A stretch of DNA of 46,831 bases from a bacterium. Lineage in GTDB: Bacteria; Patescibacteriota; Minisyncoccia; 2-02-FULL-40-12; IGHO2-12-FULL-4. Positions 1-9,332 of this stretch are shown in pieces. The notes below the pieces were generated by a model. The model did no database searches. It was not told the DNA's origin and saw only the letters and a program-made list of their open reading frames with translations. Each line of letters opens with the position of its first letter. Position 1 is the stretch's first letter. The stretch spans positions 1 through 46,831 of the forward strand of contig JAUSIQ010000018.1 of the NCBI GenBank assembly GCA_030647955.1, in the 5' to 3' direction. The position numbers were made by a program, and so were the translations under genes.

Positions 1-2
1 CC

Positions 3-139
3 TCGCGCTGAACCTATGGATTCAGGAGGAGTTAGAGAAATATTGTACTCCTCCTGTCCAGCTCCTCGTTTTTATATCTTATTCGAAGACGAATGGGCTA
101 TAAAAACGAGTCGCTAAGCAATCCACAGGTTCAGAGCGA
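3..139. repeat. Branched palindromic element (outer stem plus two inner hairpins), MITE/REP-like
   Basis: 3-22 pairs with 120-139 (18/20). Inner hairpins at 23-56 (CAGGAGGAGT/ACTCCTCCTG) and 65-110 (CTCGTTTTTATA/TATAAAAACGAG). Confidence 0.75.
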
Positions 140-174
140 CCGGAAAGAGATGTTAGTTCTTTATTTTATATAAA

Positions 175-501
175 TTATTTAATCGTACTCCCCGGCTCCA
201 CCTCTTTATCAGGCTGGAGCAAAACCGGACCATCCGGACTGTCTGCGGCTAAGAGCATCCCTTGGCTTTCCAGACCCATGAGACTGCGAGGTTCAAGATT
301 AGCCACGATTATAATTTCTCTGCCGATTAAAGAAGCGAGATCATAAGTCTTGGCAATACCAGAGACAATTTGACGCTCCTCTGTTCCTAAAGATAGTTTT
401 ATTTTCAGAAGCTTTTCAGAGCCCTCCACCTTCTCCGCCTCTAAAATCTTCGCCACCCGCAACTCCACTTTTTTAAATTCGTCGTAATTGATTAAATCCA
501 T
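175..501 (-). CDS. tRNA-binding OB-fold protein (MetRS C-terminal/CsaA/Trbp111-like)
   Basis: Motifs ELRVAKILEAEKV, RQIVSGI, VANLEPR..MGLESQGMLLA. Confidence 0.93.
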   Translation of the reverse strand: MDLINYDEFKKVELRVAKILEAEKVEGSEKLLKIKLSLGTEERQIVSGIAKTYDLASLIGREIIIVANLEPRSLMGLESQGMLLAADSPDGPVLLQPDKEVEPGSTIK

Positions 502-526
502 ACTATTAAAAGTAACAAAAGTGACT

Positions 527-561
527 AAACAATAAAAGGGCCAATGGCCCTTTTATTGTTT
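527..561. terminator. Intrinsic terminator after 575..874
   Basis: AAACAATAAAAGGGCC-AAT-GGCCCTTTTATTGTTT inverted repeat. Confidence 0.8.
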
Positions 562-574
562 GCAGATGACGTTT

Positions 575-874
575 TTAGAGAGATTCAATCATCTCGTCTA
601 CGTTTCCAAAGTCGTTTTCCACCTCTAGAATCTCCACCGCATTGGCTTCGGCGCCAAGCTTGGCAATATCCAAAGAATCACGGTTACGGAAAGCCGAATA
701 AACATTGGCGGAGTAACTATCAATATCGAAGTTAGTGTTTCGAATTTGAGACCAGAGTAATTCTCCACCAATTAATACTGCGGAAATAGCCAAGATGAAG
801 AAAAGTTGGCTATGCTTGTTTTCGTCTAAAGAAGCTTGGTGAACCTTGTGAAAGTTGTGGATGTTTTTTTCCAT
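575..874 (-). CDS. Hypothetical single-pass membrane protein
   Basis: One hydrophobic segment, acidic C-terminus; 8 nt downstream of 883..1575. Confidence 0.7.
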   Translation of the reverse strand: MEKNIHNFHKVHQASLDENKHSQLFFILAISAVLIGGELLWSQIRNTNFDIDSYSANVYSAFRNRDSLDIAKLGAEANAVEILEVENDFGNVDEMIESL

Positions 875-882
875 GTTTAAAA

Positions 883-1575
883 TTAGTTACTATTAGGTGT
901 GGCGCTGGGAGAGGAGCTGGCTGATGGGACCGGAGATGGACTAACTCTGCCTTCTTTCCGCACTCTAGCTAGAGTAGTGGCGACACGATGGACAGCTTCT
1001 CGGGCTTTTTTCACGGCATCCTGAACTACTTTCAAATCAGCTTCCAAAGCTTTTCGTGCTCTCTTTAAAGCATCTTTAGCATCTAAATCCGAGGCGGGCT
1101 CAATTTTATAAACTTTTCCTTTTTGAGCCTCGATTGCCGCACGAGCCGTAGCAATAGCCGTTTTCGCCTCTTCATAAGCCGCTCGTGCTTTTTCCACATT
1201 AAAACCTTTTCCTGCTTTTTTATCGATTTTTGTACTAATTGAGACTAGGGTTTTGTCCAATTTATCTAAAGACTTTGAAAACTGATCCAGGGCACGAGTG
1301 TTAAGTGCGATAAGCCCGACGACGGTTTTGCTAATGAGCTTTCTTTTCCCCTCGTCTCTGATAGTTTTAAGATCGCTTTTAAATTCGATCTTTTTTTCTT
1401 TGATCTCTGTTTTAATTTCCTGTTTTACCGCTTTTACATCTTTGCGAATTTCTTTTACAGGCCTTGGAGATCCGCTAGGAGATGCACTCGGTGAAGCAGA
1501 ATCTACAGCAAAAACACCCGGAGTGAGTCCGGCGACCAATAACACTAGGGCGAGGGCGTAAAAAGTTTTTTTCAT
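883..1575 (-). CDS. Secreted coiled-coil protein with S/P-rich termini (CPR-type hypothetical)
   Basis: Signal peptide, SPSASP linkers, K/A/E-rich helices. Confidence 0.85.
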   Translation of the reverse strand: MKKTFYALALVLLVAGLTPGVFAVDSASPSASPSGSPRPVKEIRKDVKAVKQEIKTEIKEKKIEFKSDLKTIRDEGKRKLISKTVVGLIALNTRALDQFSKSLDKLDKTLVSISTKIDKKAGKGFNVEKARAAYEEAKTAIATARAAIEAQKGKVYKIEPASDLDAKDALKRARKALEADLKVVQDAVKKAREAVHRVATTLARVRKEGRVSPSPVPSASSSPSATPNSN

Positions 1576-1634
1576 AGGTAATACTATTATATCCCATGAC
1601 CACAGTAGTACAAGGAAAAACTGTTGATATTTAA

Positions 1635-3377
1635 TTAGAGAGGGAGGGTAAAGTAGAAGGTTGAACCCTCACCCTCTTCGGATGCTACTCCGATAATTCC
1701 TCCGTGTTCTTCCACAATTCCCTTGGTGATAACTAAACCGAGTCCCGTTCCACGATTTTCCTGAATAATCGCCGAAGAGTTGAGTTGTTTAAATTTACTA
1801 AACAGGAGATCACTGTTTTCTTTGGAAATACCCACACCCGTATCCACTATCGCCACCACTACCGTATCCGGTAAATTCTGGAGTTTCTTATCTTCCGGAT
1901 TTAATTTCAAAGCCGATCCGGACTTTTGGGCCTCCGCAAAAATATCCTGGTCTTTATGATGCAAAAAAGCTTTTATCGTAATCGTTCCCCCGGCACTGGT
2001 AAACTTCAAAGCATTAGAAAGCAAGTTATTTAACACTTGCGAGATTCGCGCAGCATCAAAACTAACTAGCGCGGGAAGATCTGCATCAAACCAACTTTCT
2101 AACTCGATTTTGGCCGCCTGTGCTGAAGGTTTAAAGAAGTTTAATCTTGCCGCCACGGCTTCTTTTAAGTCCCCGGGTATTTTTTTAAGATCAAACTTAC
2201 CCGCTTCCAACTTGGCTACATCCAAGAGATCACTAACTAACTCCAAAATATTCGAGGAGCTGTCGTGTATCATCTGCGCATACTTATTCGTCATTTTTTT
2301 GCTCTTTTCCTCGTCCCATTTGCTCATGGCCATAGCGATTTTCTTAATACCGTCCATTGGTGAGCGCAATTCGTGCACCATCATGGAAGAAAAATCTTCA
2401 CGAGATTTTTGAATTTCTTTTTCACGGGTAATGTCGTGAAAAATAGCCACGGAGCCCAAGACTTCTCCCGCCTTTCCTCCCTCGGCCGCCTTCACGGGCA
2501 AAACGAAAATCTGGAAAAATCTTTCCCCGATCATAATATCTTCCGATTCCCAAACTTTGTTTAACTTTACACTCTCTTCTAGTTTGCCGCGAATATCTAC
2601 CCTACCCCCCAAGTTATCTATAAAATCAAAGATAGTTAGATCCGCTTTATCCTCCAACCCCATCACTCTCTTAACGGCCGGATTCGCCACCAAAACTCGA
2701 TAATCTTTGTCAGTCATTAACACGCCATCTTCCATGCTCTCTACCATGGCATTGAGTTTGCGCTGTTCGTTCTGCACCACTTCTTGCAACCTGGTTACGG
2801 CCTGCGAGGCTTGTCCCGTAATTTTGTAAATAATGGACATCTCTTCCTCTTTGTAGAGGCCGGGCTTGGTGTGAGCCACGGTTAAAATACCGACCACCTT
2901 TCCGGCAATAACCAAAGGAATATTAAAAAAAGAACCCACCGGCTCTTGAAAGTCTTCCACAATAATCGCTCCCGTTAAAACCTCTTCCAAGGTCATGCGC
3001 TTCAAATCCTGGTCCAGCAAAGCGGCTAGAGACTTCAGCATTCTCTCTTTCATCTCGTCCACAAATTTGCGATTGACCGACTTTTCAAGATCCACCCGGA
3101 AAAGGATTTTTTCCGGTTCCAAAAACATATACGAGACTACGGAGTAATCTATAAACTGGCGCAGAGAGCCAGTGATGATGTCGATGATTTGCTGAACGTC
3201 TAGAGAGTAGCCAATTCTGTCTCCTAATTCTTTTAAGATGGCCAACTCGTACATTTTGCGACTGACTTCTTCGTCTTTCTTTCTTAAAACTTTATGCAGC
3301 TTTTGAGATTGCCACAACGCCAAAACAACAAAGCCCAGCCCTACCAATTCAAAAGATATTCCGACAAGAATAGACAT
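1635..3377 (-). CDS. Sensor histidine kinase (TM-GAF-PAS-HisKA-HATPase)
   Basis: H-box MVHELRSP, N-box NLLSNALKFT, DTGVGI, GTGLGL, GEGSTFYFTLP. Confidence 0.95.
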   Translation of the reverse strand: MSILVGISFELVGLGFVVLALWQSQKLHKVLRKKDEEVSRKMYELAILKELGDRIGYSLDVQQIIDIITGSLRQFIDYSVVSYMFLEPEKILFRVDLEKSVNRKFVDEMKERMLKSLAALLDQDLKRMTLEEVLTGAIIVEDFQEPVGSFFNIPLVIAGKVVGILTVAHTKPGLYKEEEMSIIYKITGQASQAVTRLQEVVQNEQRKLNAMVESMEDGVLMTDKDYRVLVANPAVKRVMGLEDKADLTIFDFIDNLGGRVDIRGKLEESVKLNKVWESEDIMIGERFFQIFVLPVKAAEGGKAGEVLGSVAIFHDITREKEIQKSREDFSSMMVHELRSPMDGIKKIAMAMSKWDEEKSKKMTNKYAQMIHDSSSNILELVSDLLDVAKLEAGKFDLKKIPGDLKEAVAARLNFFKPSAQAAKIELESWFDADLPALVSFDAARISQVLNNLLSNALKFTSAGGTITIKAFLHHKDQDIFAEAQKSGSALKLNPEDKKLQNLPDTVVVAIVDTGVGISKENSDLLFSKFKQLNSSAIIQENRGTGLGLVITKGIVEEHGGIIGVASEEGEGSTFYFTLPL

Positions 3378-3392
3378 TTAAAGAAGAGTAGA

Positions 3393-3695
3393 TTACTTCA
3401 ATCCGGCCGCGTCTAATATTTTTTTGGCGCCAACGGCCATGGCGGTGTACCCAATAATAAACAAGATGTCGTGGGCCCGAAACGAGGTTAAGAGCGGGAC
3501 CCAATCGATGGGCATGATAGAGATGGCAAAACCGGCGAGGTTAAAGAGCATACCAATACCAAAGTAATTATAAACTGTGGCGAGAGCTCCTCCGCCAATT
3601 TTTCTAGCATTAATAAAAACCAAGCAGTTAGCTAAAATACCGACCACCAGAGCAATGCCGGCTGAAAAACTATTGGCAAAAGAAATATCAATCAT
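3393..3695 (-). CDS. Small 3-TM membrane protein in two-component operon
   Basis: Three hydrophobic segments; tightly spaced with neighbours. Confidence 0.85.
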   Translation of the reverse strand: MIDISFANSFSAGIALVVGILANCLVFINARKIGGGALATVYNYFGIGMLFNLAGFAISIMPIDWVPLLTSFRAHDILFIIGYTAMAVGAKKILDAAGLK

Positions 3696-3704
3696 AAAAA
3701 AATA

Positions 3705-3974
3705 TTAACCTATCTTTTTAATGGTAGGGTACTTGCTAAAAATAGAACCGAGCGCGTTTTTAACAATCAATCCCGAAAGTTCTACGTATTGATCAATCAA
3801 AGTTTGCAAAGCCTGGTCCATATCTCCCTTTATATCCACCACCTTACCATCATTATCTAAAATCAAAGCAGGCACGCTACGCGCTTTTAAAATAGCAATA
3901 TCCGGCCCCAAAATGACCGTTTGCTTCTCAATGATCTCGGACATTAAAGCGAGGTAATCTTCTTTTTTACCCAT
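3705..3974 (-). CDS. Small soluble hypothetical protein in two-component operon
   Basis: 89 aa; 5-9 nt gaps to flanking genes. Confidence 0.85.
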   Translation of the reverse strand: MGKKEDYLALMSEIIEKQTVILGPDIAILKARSVPALILDNDGKVVDIKGDMDQALQTLIDQYVELSGLIVKNALGSIFSKYPTIKKIG

Positions 3975-3979
3975 AGTAA

Positions 3980-4366
3980 TTAGCTAACTCCCAGTTTTTC
4001 CTTTACCTTGGAGACGATTTCTTCGGCGTGCAATTCGTTTTTCTTGATTAAGTAGTAAGCCGGTTTATTCTGGACGATCTTTTCTAGAATCGCATCATCA
4101 GAATCTAATACTGTTAATATGATAATCGGAACATCTTTACCCCAATCATCTTCTCGAAGCTTGGACATGACCGAGATCCCGTCTAATTTGGGCATCACTA
4201 CATCCAAGAGAATTAAATCGGGATGCTCTTTTAAGGCCATCTGCAAACCCTCTTCTCCATTGCCGGCTTGCAACACAACAAAACCTTCGTTGGTTAATTC
4301 ATCGGCCAAAGCTTGACGAGTAAGTTGTTCGTCCTCTACCACGAGAACTCTTTTTGGTTGACTCAT
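3980..4366 (-). CDS. Stand-alone response regulator receiver protein
   Basis: VLVVEDE, PDLILLDVVMPKLDG, PIIILT. Confidence 0.95.
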   Translation of the reverse strand: MSQPKRVLVVEDEQLTRQALADELTNEGFVVLQAGNGEEGLQMALKEHPDLILLDVVMPKLDGISVMSKLREDDWGKDVPIIILTVLDSDDAILEKIVQNKPAYYLIKKNELHAEEIVSKVKEKLGVS

Positions 4367-4420
4367 ACCTTATTCTAAACAAACCAAGAGCAGTTGCCAA
4401 ATTTATTTATCCCCACCCCC

Positions 4421-5074
4421 CTAGTCCTTCTTTCTGAAATCGCCGAAGCCAAAATCGGGAATATTTTTTTCCGGTCCCATATTGCGATAAGCATCGACAA
4501 AGTCTTCCACTAGTTCTTTATTCACCTGATCCATTTTCACCAAACGCTCCCAGGCCACGATAGCGATGGGGCTATCATTGGCCACGCGCGGAGTCATGAT
4601 GACGCGAGAGCCATAGCCTTTGGCAATATCAGCCAGAATCTCAATTTGCTCCGCGGATAAATCCGGACGGTGAGCAAACCAAATATGACCGTGCTCGAGA
4701 TTATGGACGATCTGTTCATCGGGAAGCTCCTGATCATAAATTCCGGTTTGGACCGGTTGCGCATAGTGCCAACCTCCAGTCGGCGGATTGGTATTGTAAG
4801 CATCATGAGCTACTCCCACCGCAATGTGGTCACGAGATTGGGCCGGGAAAAACTCCCCCACATCGGGATTTTCTCTTGAGCCCAGTTTATAGACCCCCCA
4901 GCCAATCAGAATTAAAATCATCAAAAAGACCAGTCCTTTGGTAAATTTACGACGATTTCTTCTGCCGGCTTGCCTTTGCGCCTCGGAATTTTTAACCTCT
5001 TTTTTAGCCGAGTAGTCGTTGTTTGCCGACTCGTCACTTACCAATGCATTTTGGTTATTGTTTTCGTTTTCCAT
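4421..5074 (-). CDS. DUF3105 family membrane-anchored protein
   Basis: YNTNPPTGGWH, VHNLEHG, PIAIVAW motifs; one TM; ATG at 5074 preferred. Confidence 0.85.
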   Translation of the reverse strand: MENENNNQNALVSDESANNDYSAKKEVKNSEAQRQAGRRNRRKFTKGLVFLMILILIGWGVYKLGSRENPDVGEFFPAQSRDHIAVGVAHDAYNTNPPTGGWHYAQPVQTGIYDQELPDEQIVHNLEHGHIWFAHRPDLSAEQIEILADIAKGYGSRVIMTPRVANDSPIAIVAWERLVKMDQVNKELVEDFVDAYRNMGPEKNIPDFGFGDFRKKD

Positions 5075-5104
5075 ATGCCCGTATATTAGCACAAAATATC
5101 TTAG

Positions 5105-5866
5105 TTACAAAAATCGATTAATATAGACCTCATAAAACTGAAAATGCTCCAAAAGACCTCTGCTACTATTTAGAATACTGCTCCAACGACCGGCGATCAT
5201 CAAGACCCCAAGTATAATCAAAAACACTCCTACTACCCGATTAAAAACCCTTAGCCAACTCCCCCACTTCTCTATAGCAATAACCGCTTTATCCAAAAGT
5301 AGAGCAGTGAGTAAAAATGGCAAGGCTAGGCCTGCCGAAAACACTACCAGCAAGAAAGACCCTGTCACTACCGTTCCGGAGCTGGAGGCCAATAGTAAAA
5401 TAGAACCGACCAGTGGACCAACACAGGGAGACCAACCTATCGCAAACAAAACTCCAGTCGCGAAAGCTCCCCAGGCCTTACCCGGCTTTATCAATTTTCC
5501 CGACAAATTACCAAAAGAAGAGAAGGAGCCTTTCCAGCCAGGAATTAAACCCAAAATCCCAAAACCAAAAACCATCACCAGGATTCCCCCGATTACCTGC
5601 GTCCACTGCTTAAAGCCATACGCCACACCGATCCAAGACACGGCTAGGCCAAAGGCAATAAAAACTAAAGAAAAGCCCAAGACATACCAAATAGCATGAT
5701 AAAAAATCCGCCAACGACGACCGTCGCCTGCACCTTCTGGCCGGTCGTCGACACCCACCCCCGCCATAATCCCCAAAAAAGCCGGAATGAGCGGCAGAGT
5801 ACACGGAGCAAAGAAAGTAAAAAACCCGGCCACAAAAGCAGCCAAAGGAGTAGCAGATTCAAACAT
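5105..5866 (-). CDS. ccdA: Cytochrome c biogenesis / DsbD-type thiol-disulfide transporter CcdA
   Basis: FFAPCTLPLIP and WSPCVGP motifs; multiple TMs. Confidence 0.92.
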   Translation of the reverse strand: MFESATPLAAFVAGFFTFFAPCTLPLIPAFLGIMAGVGVDDRPEGAGDGRRWRIFYHAIWYVLGFSLVFIAFGLAVSWIGVAYGFKQWTQVIGGILVMVFGFGILGLIPGWKGSFSSFGNLSGKLIKPGKAWGAFATGVLFAIGWSPCVGPLVGSILLLASSSGTVVTGSFLLVVFSAGLALPFLLTALLLDKAVIAIEKWGSWLRVFNRVVGVFLIILGVLMIAGRWSSILNSSRGLLEHFQFYEVYINRFL

Positions 5867-5965
5867 ATTCTTATATTAGCATAAAAGCCTCCATTTCTTA
5901 CTTTTTATCTAATTACCAACCAGTGTATTTGACATTCTCATAATTTATGTTTATAATGTTGTATC

Positions 5966-5998
5966 CTTCATAATTCCTTCATTGGATTTATATATTAT
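5966..5998 (+). promoter_or_regulatory. OmpR-type direct-repeat box plus -10 upstream of the response regulator
   Basis: CTTCA at 5966 and 5977 (11-bp period), TATTAT at 5993; same layout at 6772-6805. Confidence 0.55.
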
Positions 5999-6077
5999 CG
6001 AGGCATAATTTATAAAAACCGGCTACCTTAATTGATCCTAATTAAGAGCGTCGATCTCTATTACATAAGTTAAAACG

Positions 6078-6752
6078 ATGAAAATTCTTATTGTCGAAGA
6101 CGAGGAAAAATTAGCCAAATCAATCAAAAAGGGTCTCGAAAAAGAAGGTCATGCCGCCGACTATGTTTTGGATGGCGAATCGGCTCAAACCCGCATCGAG
6201 CTCCATCACGAGGACTATGACCTGGTAATTTTGGATTTGATGCTTCCCAAAAGAGACGGTCTAGTGGTTTGCCAAAATATCCGAGAAAAGAACCTTACTA
6301 TCCCCATCTTAGTTTTAACCGCCAAAGGCGATGTTAATGACAAGATTGAGGTCTTAGACAAAGGAGCAGACGATTATTTAGTCAAACCCTTCTCTTTTGA
6401 AGAGCTGATGGCCCGAATTCGTGCTTTGATGCGCCGTCCCACCGAAGCTTTGCCTATTGAGCTTAAACTTAAAACCCTTACCCTCAATACCAGTACCCGC
6501 AAAGTTTACCGCAATGGTAAAGAGATTAACCTGACCCTTAAAGAATTTAATCTTTTGGAATACCTCATGCGTCACCCCAACCAGGTGCTCACTCGCGAAC
6601 AGATCTTGAGCAACCTCTGGGACTTCGATTTTGACTCCTTTAGCAATATTATCGACGTACATATTAAGAATTTGCGCAAAAAAATCGACACTGGAAACGG
6701 TCAAAAATTATTGGAAACAATTTACGGAGTAGGTTACCGCATTAAAGGCTAA
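6078..6752 (+). CDS. OmpR/PhoB family response regulator (REC + winged helix)
   Basis: KILIVEDE, LDLMLP, GADDYLVKPF, LTLKEFNLL, IDVHIKNLRKKI, ETIYGVGY. Confidence 0.97.
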   Translation: MKILIVEDEEKLAKSIKKGLEKEGHAADYVLDGESAQTRIELHHEDYDLVILDLMLPKRDGLVVCQNIREKNLTIPILVLTAKGDVNDKIEVLDKGADDYLVKPFSFEELMARIRALMRRPTEALPIELKLKTLTLNTSTRKVYRNGKEINLTLKEFNLLEYLMRHPNQVLTREQILSNLWDFDFDSFSNIIDVHIKNLRKKIDTGNGQKLLETIYGVGYRIKG

Positions 6753-6771
6753 AGATTTTTCCCTTCGAAAG

Positions 6772-6805
6772 CTTCACAATTGCTTCACCGCCTATCATAT
6801 ATAAT
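6772..6805 (+). promoter_or_regulatory. Second OmpR-type box plus TATAAT
   Basis: CTTCA at 6772 and 6783, TATAAT at 6800. Confidence 0.55.
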
Positions 6806-6811
6806 GTAAAA

Positions 6812-7054
6812 CAGTTACTTGATAAAGATTGGTGAACACCAGGACTTATTGGCCAAGATATGGGAATCGCGACCATATCACCTAATAACGGTTATAACCC
6901 GTCTTGGAATTAGCCAACTCATACCAAGAAAAATGTATATTCACTCTTATGGACGCATATATGACAAAACGCGCCGAAGTTTCCTACCACTTTAAGTATC
7001 TACCCTCTTCCAGAGGATAGATATGGGTAGCCTTCGGTGCGTTTTGTTGTGTAT
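6812..7054 (+). ncRNA. Candidate structured sRNA or leader RNA
   Basis: Own promoter. 23-bp stem 6957-6979/7032-7054 whose 4 non-WC pairs are all G-U on the + strand, with nested hairpins. No long ORF. Confidence 0.45.
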
Positions 7055-7084
7055 TGCCCAAGCGAGACTTCTCACGGGACGGGA

Positions 7085-7113
7085 TTGACATCATCACGAT
7101 TAAGACGTAGAAT
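7085..7113 (+). promoter_or_regulatory. Sigma70 promoter of hybrid kinase
   Basis: TTGACA-17bp-TAGAAT, 20 nt before ATG 7133. Confidence 0.7.
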
Positions 7114-7132
7114 ATACGAAACTCCAAGTCAT

Positions 7133-9283
7133 ATGACTAGCTCCAAAGCCCCTGATATTAATCCGTTCAAACTCCCTAAAAAAGACGTCGCCGCAGACGT
7201 TTCCTTTAAATTGCCGGAGGGTTTAGATGAAAACTACGTTATTCTAAAAACGGTGGTAGAAGGTATTACGGATGCTCTTTATGTTAAAGATATACGGGGC
7301 CGTTTTGTCCTTATCAACGAAGAACTCGCCAAACGCTGGAAAGACGATTTTAACTTAGACAGAGAGTCAATCATTGGACACACCAACATAGAAATCTTCC
7401 CCCAATCCCATACTCCCCTAACCCCCACTGAAAACCAGGTGATCGAATCCGGTGAGGCTCAAACCGGTGAAGAGCAGATCACCCTCCCTAAGACCAAGGA
7501 AACTAGAACTTATTTTGTTCGGCAGTGGCCCTATCGAGATCAATATGGAAATATTACGGGACTTATTGGTATCTCACGAGACGTTACTGGTTATAAGCAT
7601 CAGGAAACTCGTCAGCTTTTATTATCTAACATTGGTAAGGTTTTGTCCTACTCTCTAAACCCCGAATCGACTCTTCAGAATTTAGCTAACCTGATTATTC
7701 CGGATTTAGCGGATTGGTGTTTAGTCAGTCTTAAAGAAGAAGGCGGCACCATCCGCACCGTCACTATCGCCAACCAGAATCCAACTCGCGTCTCTTGGGC
7801 TCAGGAAGCACATGAAAAATATGAAGGAGATCAAAACCCCTTGGGCGCCGCGCGCGTCATCGAAACTGGACGATCCGAATTATATCCTCATATCACTGAG
7901 GAAATGATTCGCGCCTATACCCAAGACAAGGGACACGTCAACGCCATTCGCTCTTTAAATATTTGCTCGGTGATGATAGTACCGATGAACGTACACAACC
8001 ACACCCTGGGAGCGATTACTTTTATGTCTTGCCGACAAAACCGTCCTTACACCAAAGAAGATCTCGAGTGCGCGGAAGAGATTGCTCATCGTGCCGCGAT
8101 CGCTATCGACAACGCCAAACTTTACCAAGAAATTCGCCGAGCCGATCAAGCTAAAGACGAATTCTTGGCAACTTTGGCCCACGAATTACGCAACCCCCTT
8201 GCGCCTATTTTAAGCTCCCTAGAGTTCATCAAAATGTCGGAAACAAAAGACCCCGAATTGATCAAATCGGCAAGAATGATGGAGAGACAGATTCAGAACA
8301 TGTCTCGCCTTTTAGATGATCTTTTGGATCTTTCCCGCATCACCAGCGGAAAAGTTACCCTGCAAAAAGAATTATTGGATGTTCGCACCATCATCAATCA
8401 GGCGGCCGAAACCGCCAAGTCTCTTTTTGAAAATCGCCAGCATACCCTGGAAATTAAATTACCGGACAAACCAATCTTAATTCAAACCGACCCCCTGCGC
8501 CTTGAGCAAATCATTGTTAATATTTTAAATAACGCCGCTAAATATACCGAACCCCAAGGCAAAATTGAGCTAACCTGCAGTCGAGATTACCAGGAGATAA
8601 TGATTAGTATTCGCGACAGTGGCATCGGCATTCCAGCCGCCATGCTTACTAATATTTTCGAACCCTTCACTCAAGTTGACCACTCTATTACTCACTCACA
8701 GGGAGGTTTGGGTATCGGATTAAAATTAGTAAAAACCTTAGTAGAATTGCACGGGGGAACAATCGAAGCGCACAGCTCTGGACTAAACCAGGGTAGTGAA
8801 TTTATCGTCCGCCTGCCCTCTCGCCGAAAAATAGAGACAAAATTTTCTAAAGAAAATTTGCCCCAGCACAAGGAGAGCTCTTCTGATCAGAAAGGTTCGG
8901 CCGGACAGAGCCGCAAAATTCTGGTAGTGGATGACAATCAAGACGCGGCCATTTCTCTTGGTAAATTACTAGGCCGATTAGGACACAGTGTCGAAGTCGC
9001 TCATGACGGACCAAGTGCCATTAACACCATACGCACTTACCATCCCGATATCGTACTTTTAGACATTGGCCTACCCAACATGAATGGCTATGAGGTGGCT
9101 CGCCGAATCCGCGAAGATAAAAACAGCTACTCCCCTACACTAGTGGCTCTAACTGGCTATGGTCAAGAAGAAGATAAGAATAAAGCCAAAGAAGCTGGCT
9201 TCGACCACCACATTACTAAACCCGTCGGAGTCTCTGACCTGCAACTGATCATCACTAATCAACCCTCTCCGAGTCAGCTCTAA
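7133..9283 (+). CDS. Hybrid histidine kinase (PAS-GAF-HisKA-HATPase-REC)
   Basis: ALYVKD..GRF PAS, LADWC GAF, KDEFLATLAHELRNPLAP, GGLGIGL, ILVVDDN, LLDIGLP; start moved to ATG 7133 after the promoter. Confidence 0.95.
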   Translation: MTSSKAPDINPFKLPKKDVAADVSFKLPEGLDENYVILKTVVEGITDALYVKDIRGRFVLINEELAKRWKDDFNLDRESIIGHTNIEIFPQSHTPLTPTENQVIESGEAQTGEEQITLPKTKETRTYFVRQWPYRDQYGNITGLIGISRDVTGYKHQETRQLLLSNIGKVLSYSLNPESTLQNLANLIIPDLADWCLVSLKEEGGTIRTVTIANQNPTRVSWAQEAHEKYEGDQNPLGAARVIETGRSELYPHITEEMIRAYTQDKGHVNAIRSLNICSVMIVPMNVHNHTLGAITFMSCRQNRPYTKEDLECAEEIAHRAAIAIDNAKLYQEIRRADQAKDEFLATLAHELRNPLAPILSSLEFIKMSETKDPELIKSARMMERQIQNMSRLLDDLLDLSRITSGKVTLQKELLDVRTIINQAAETAKSLFENRQHTLEIKLPDKPILIQTDPLRLEQIIVNILNNAAKYTEPQGKIELTCSRDYQEIMISIRDSGIGIPAAMLTNIFEPFTQVDHSITHSQGGLGIGLKLVKTLVELHGGTIEAHSSGLNQGSEFIVRLPSRRKIETKFSKENLPQHKESSSDQKGSAGQSRKILVVDDNQDAAISLGKLLGRLGHSVEVAHDGPSAINTIRTYHPDIVLLDIGLPNMNGYEVARRIREDKNSYSPTLVALTGYGQEEDKNKAKEAGFDHHITKPVGVSDLQLIITNQPSPSQL

Positions 9284-9286
9284 ACC

Positions 9287-9325
9287 ACAAAAAAATACCT
9301 CCCATGAGCGGGGGTATTTTTTTGT
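9287..9325. terminator. Bidirectional terminator between convergent genes
   Basis: AAAAAAATACCTCC..GGGGGTATTTTTTT. Confidence 0.8.
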
Positions 9326-9332
9326 TATGGTT

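Noticed and set aside
7037-7132. N-terminal extension of the hybrid kinase from GTG 7037
   Set aside because: Overlaps the RNA hairpin and a consensus promoter; ATG 7133 fits better.
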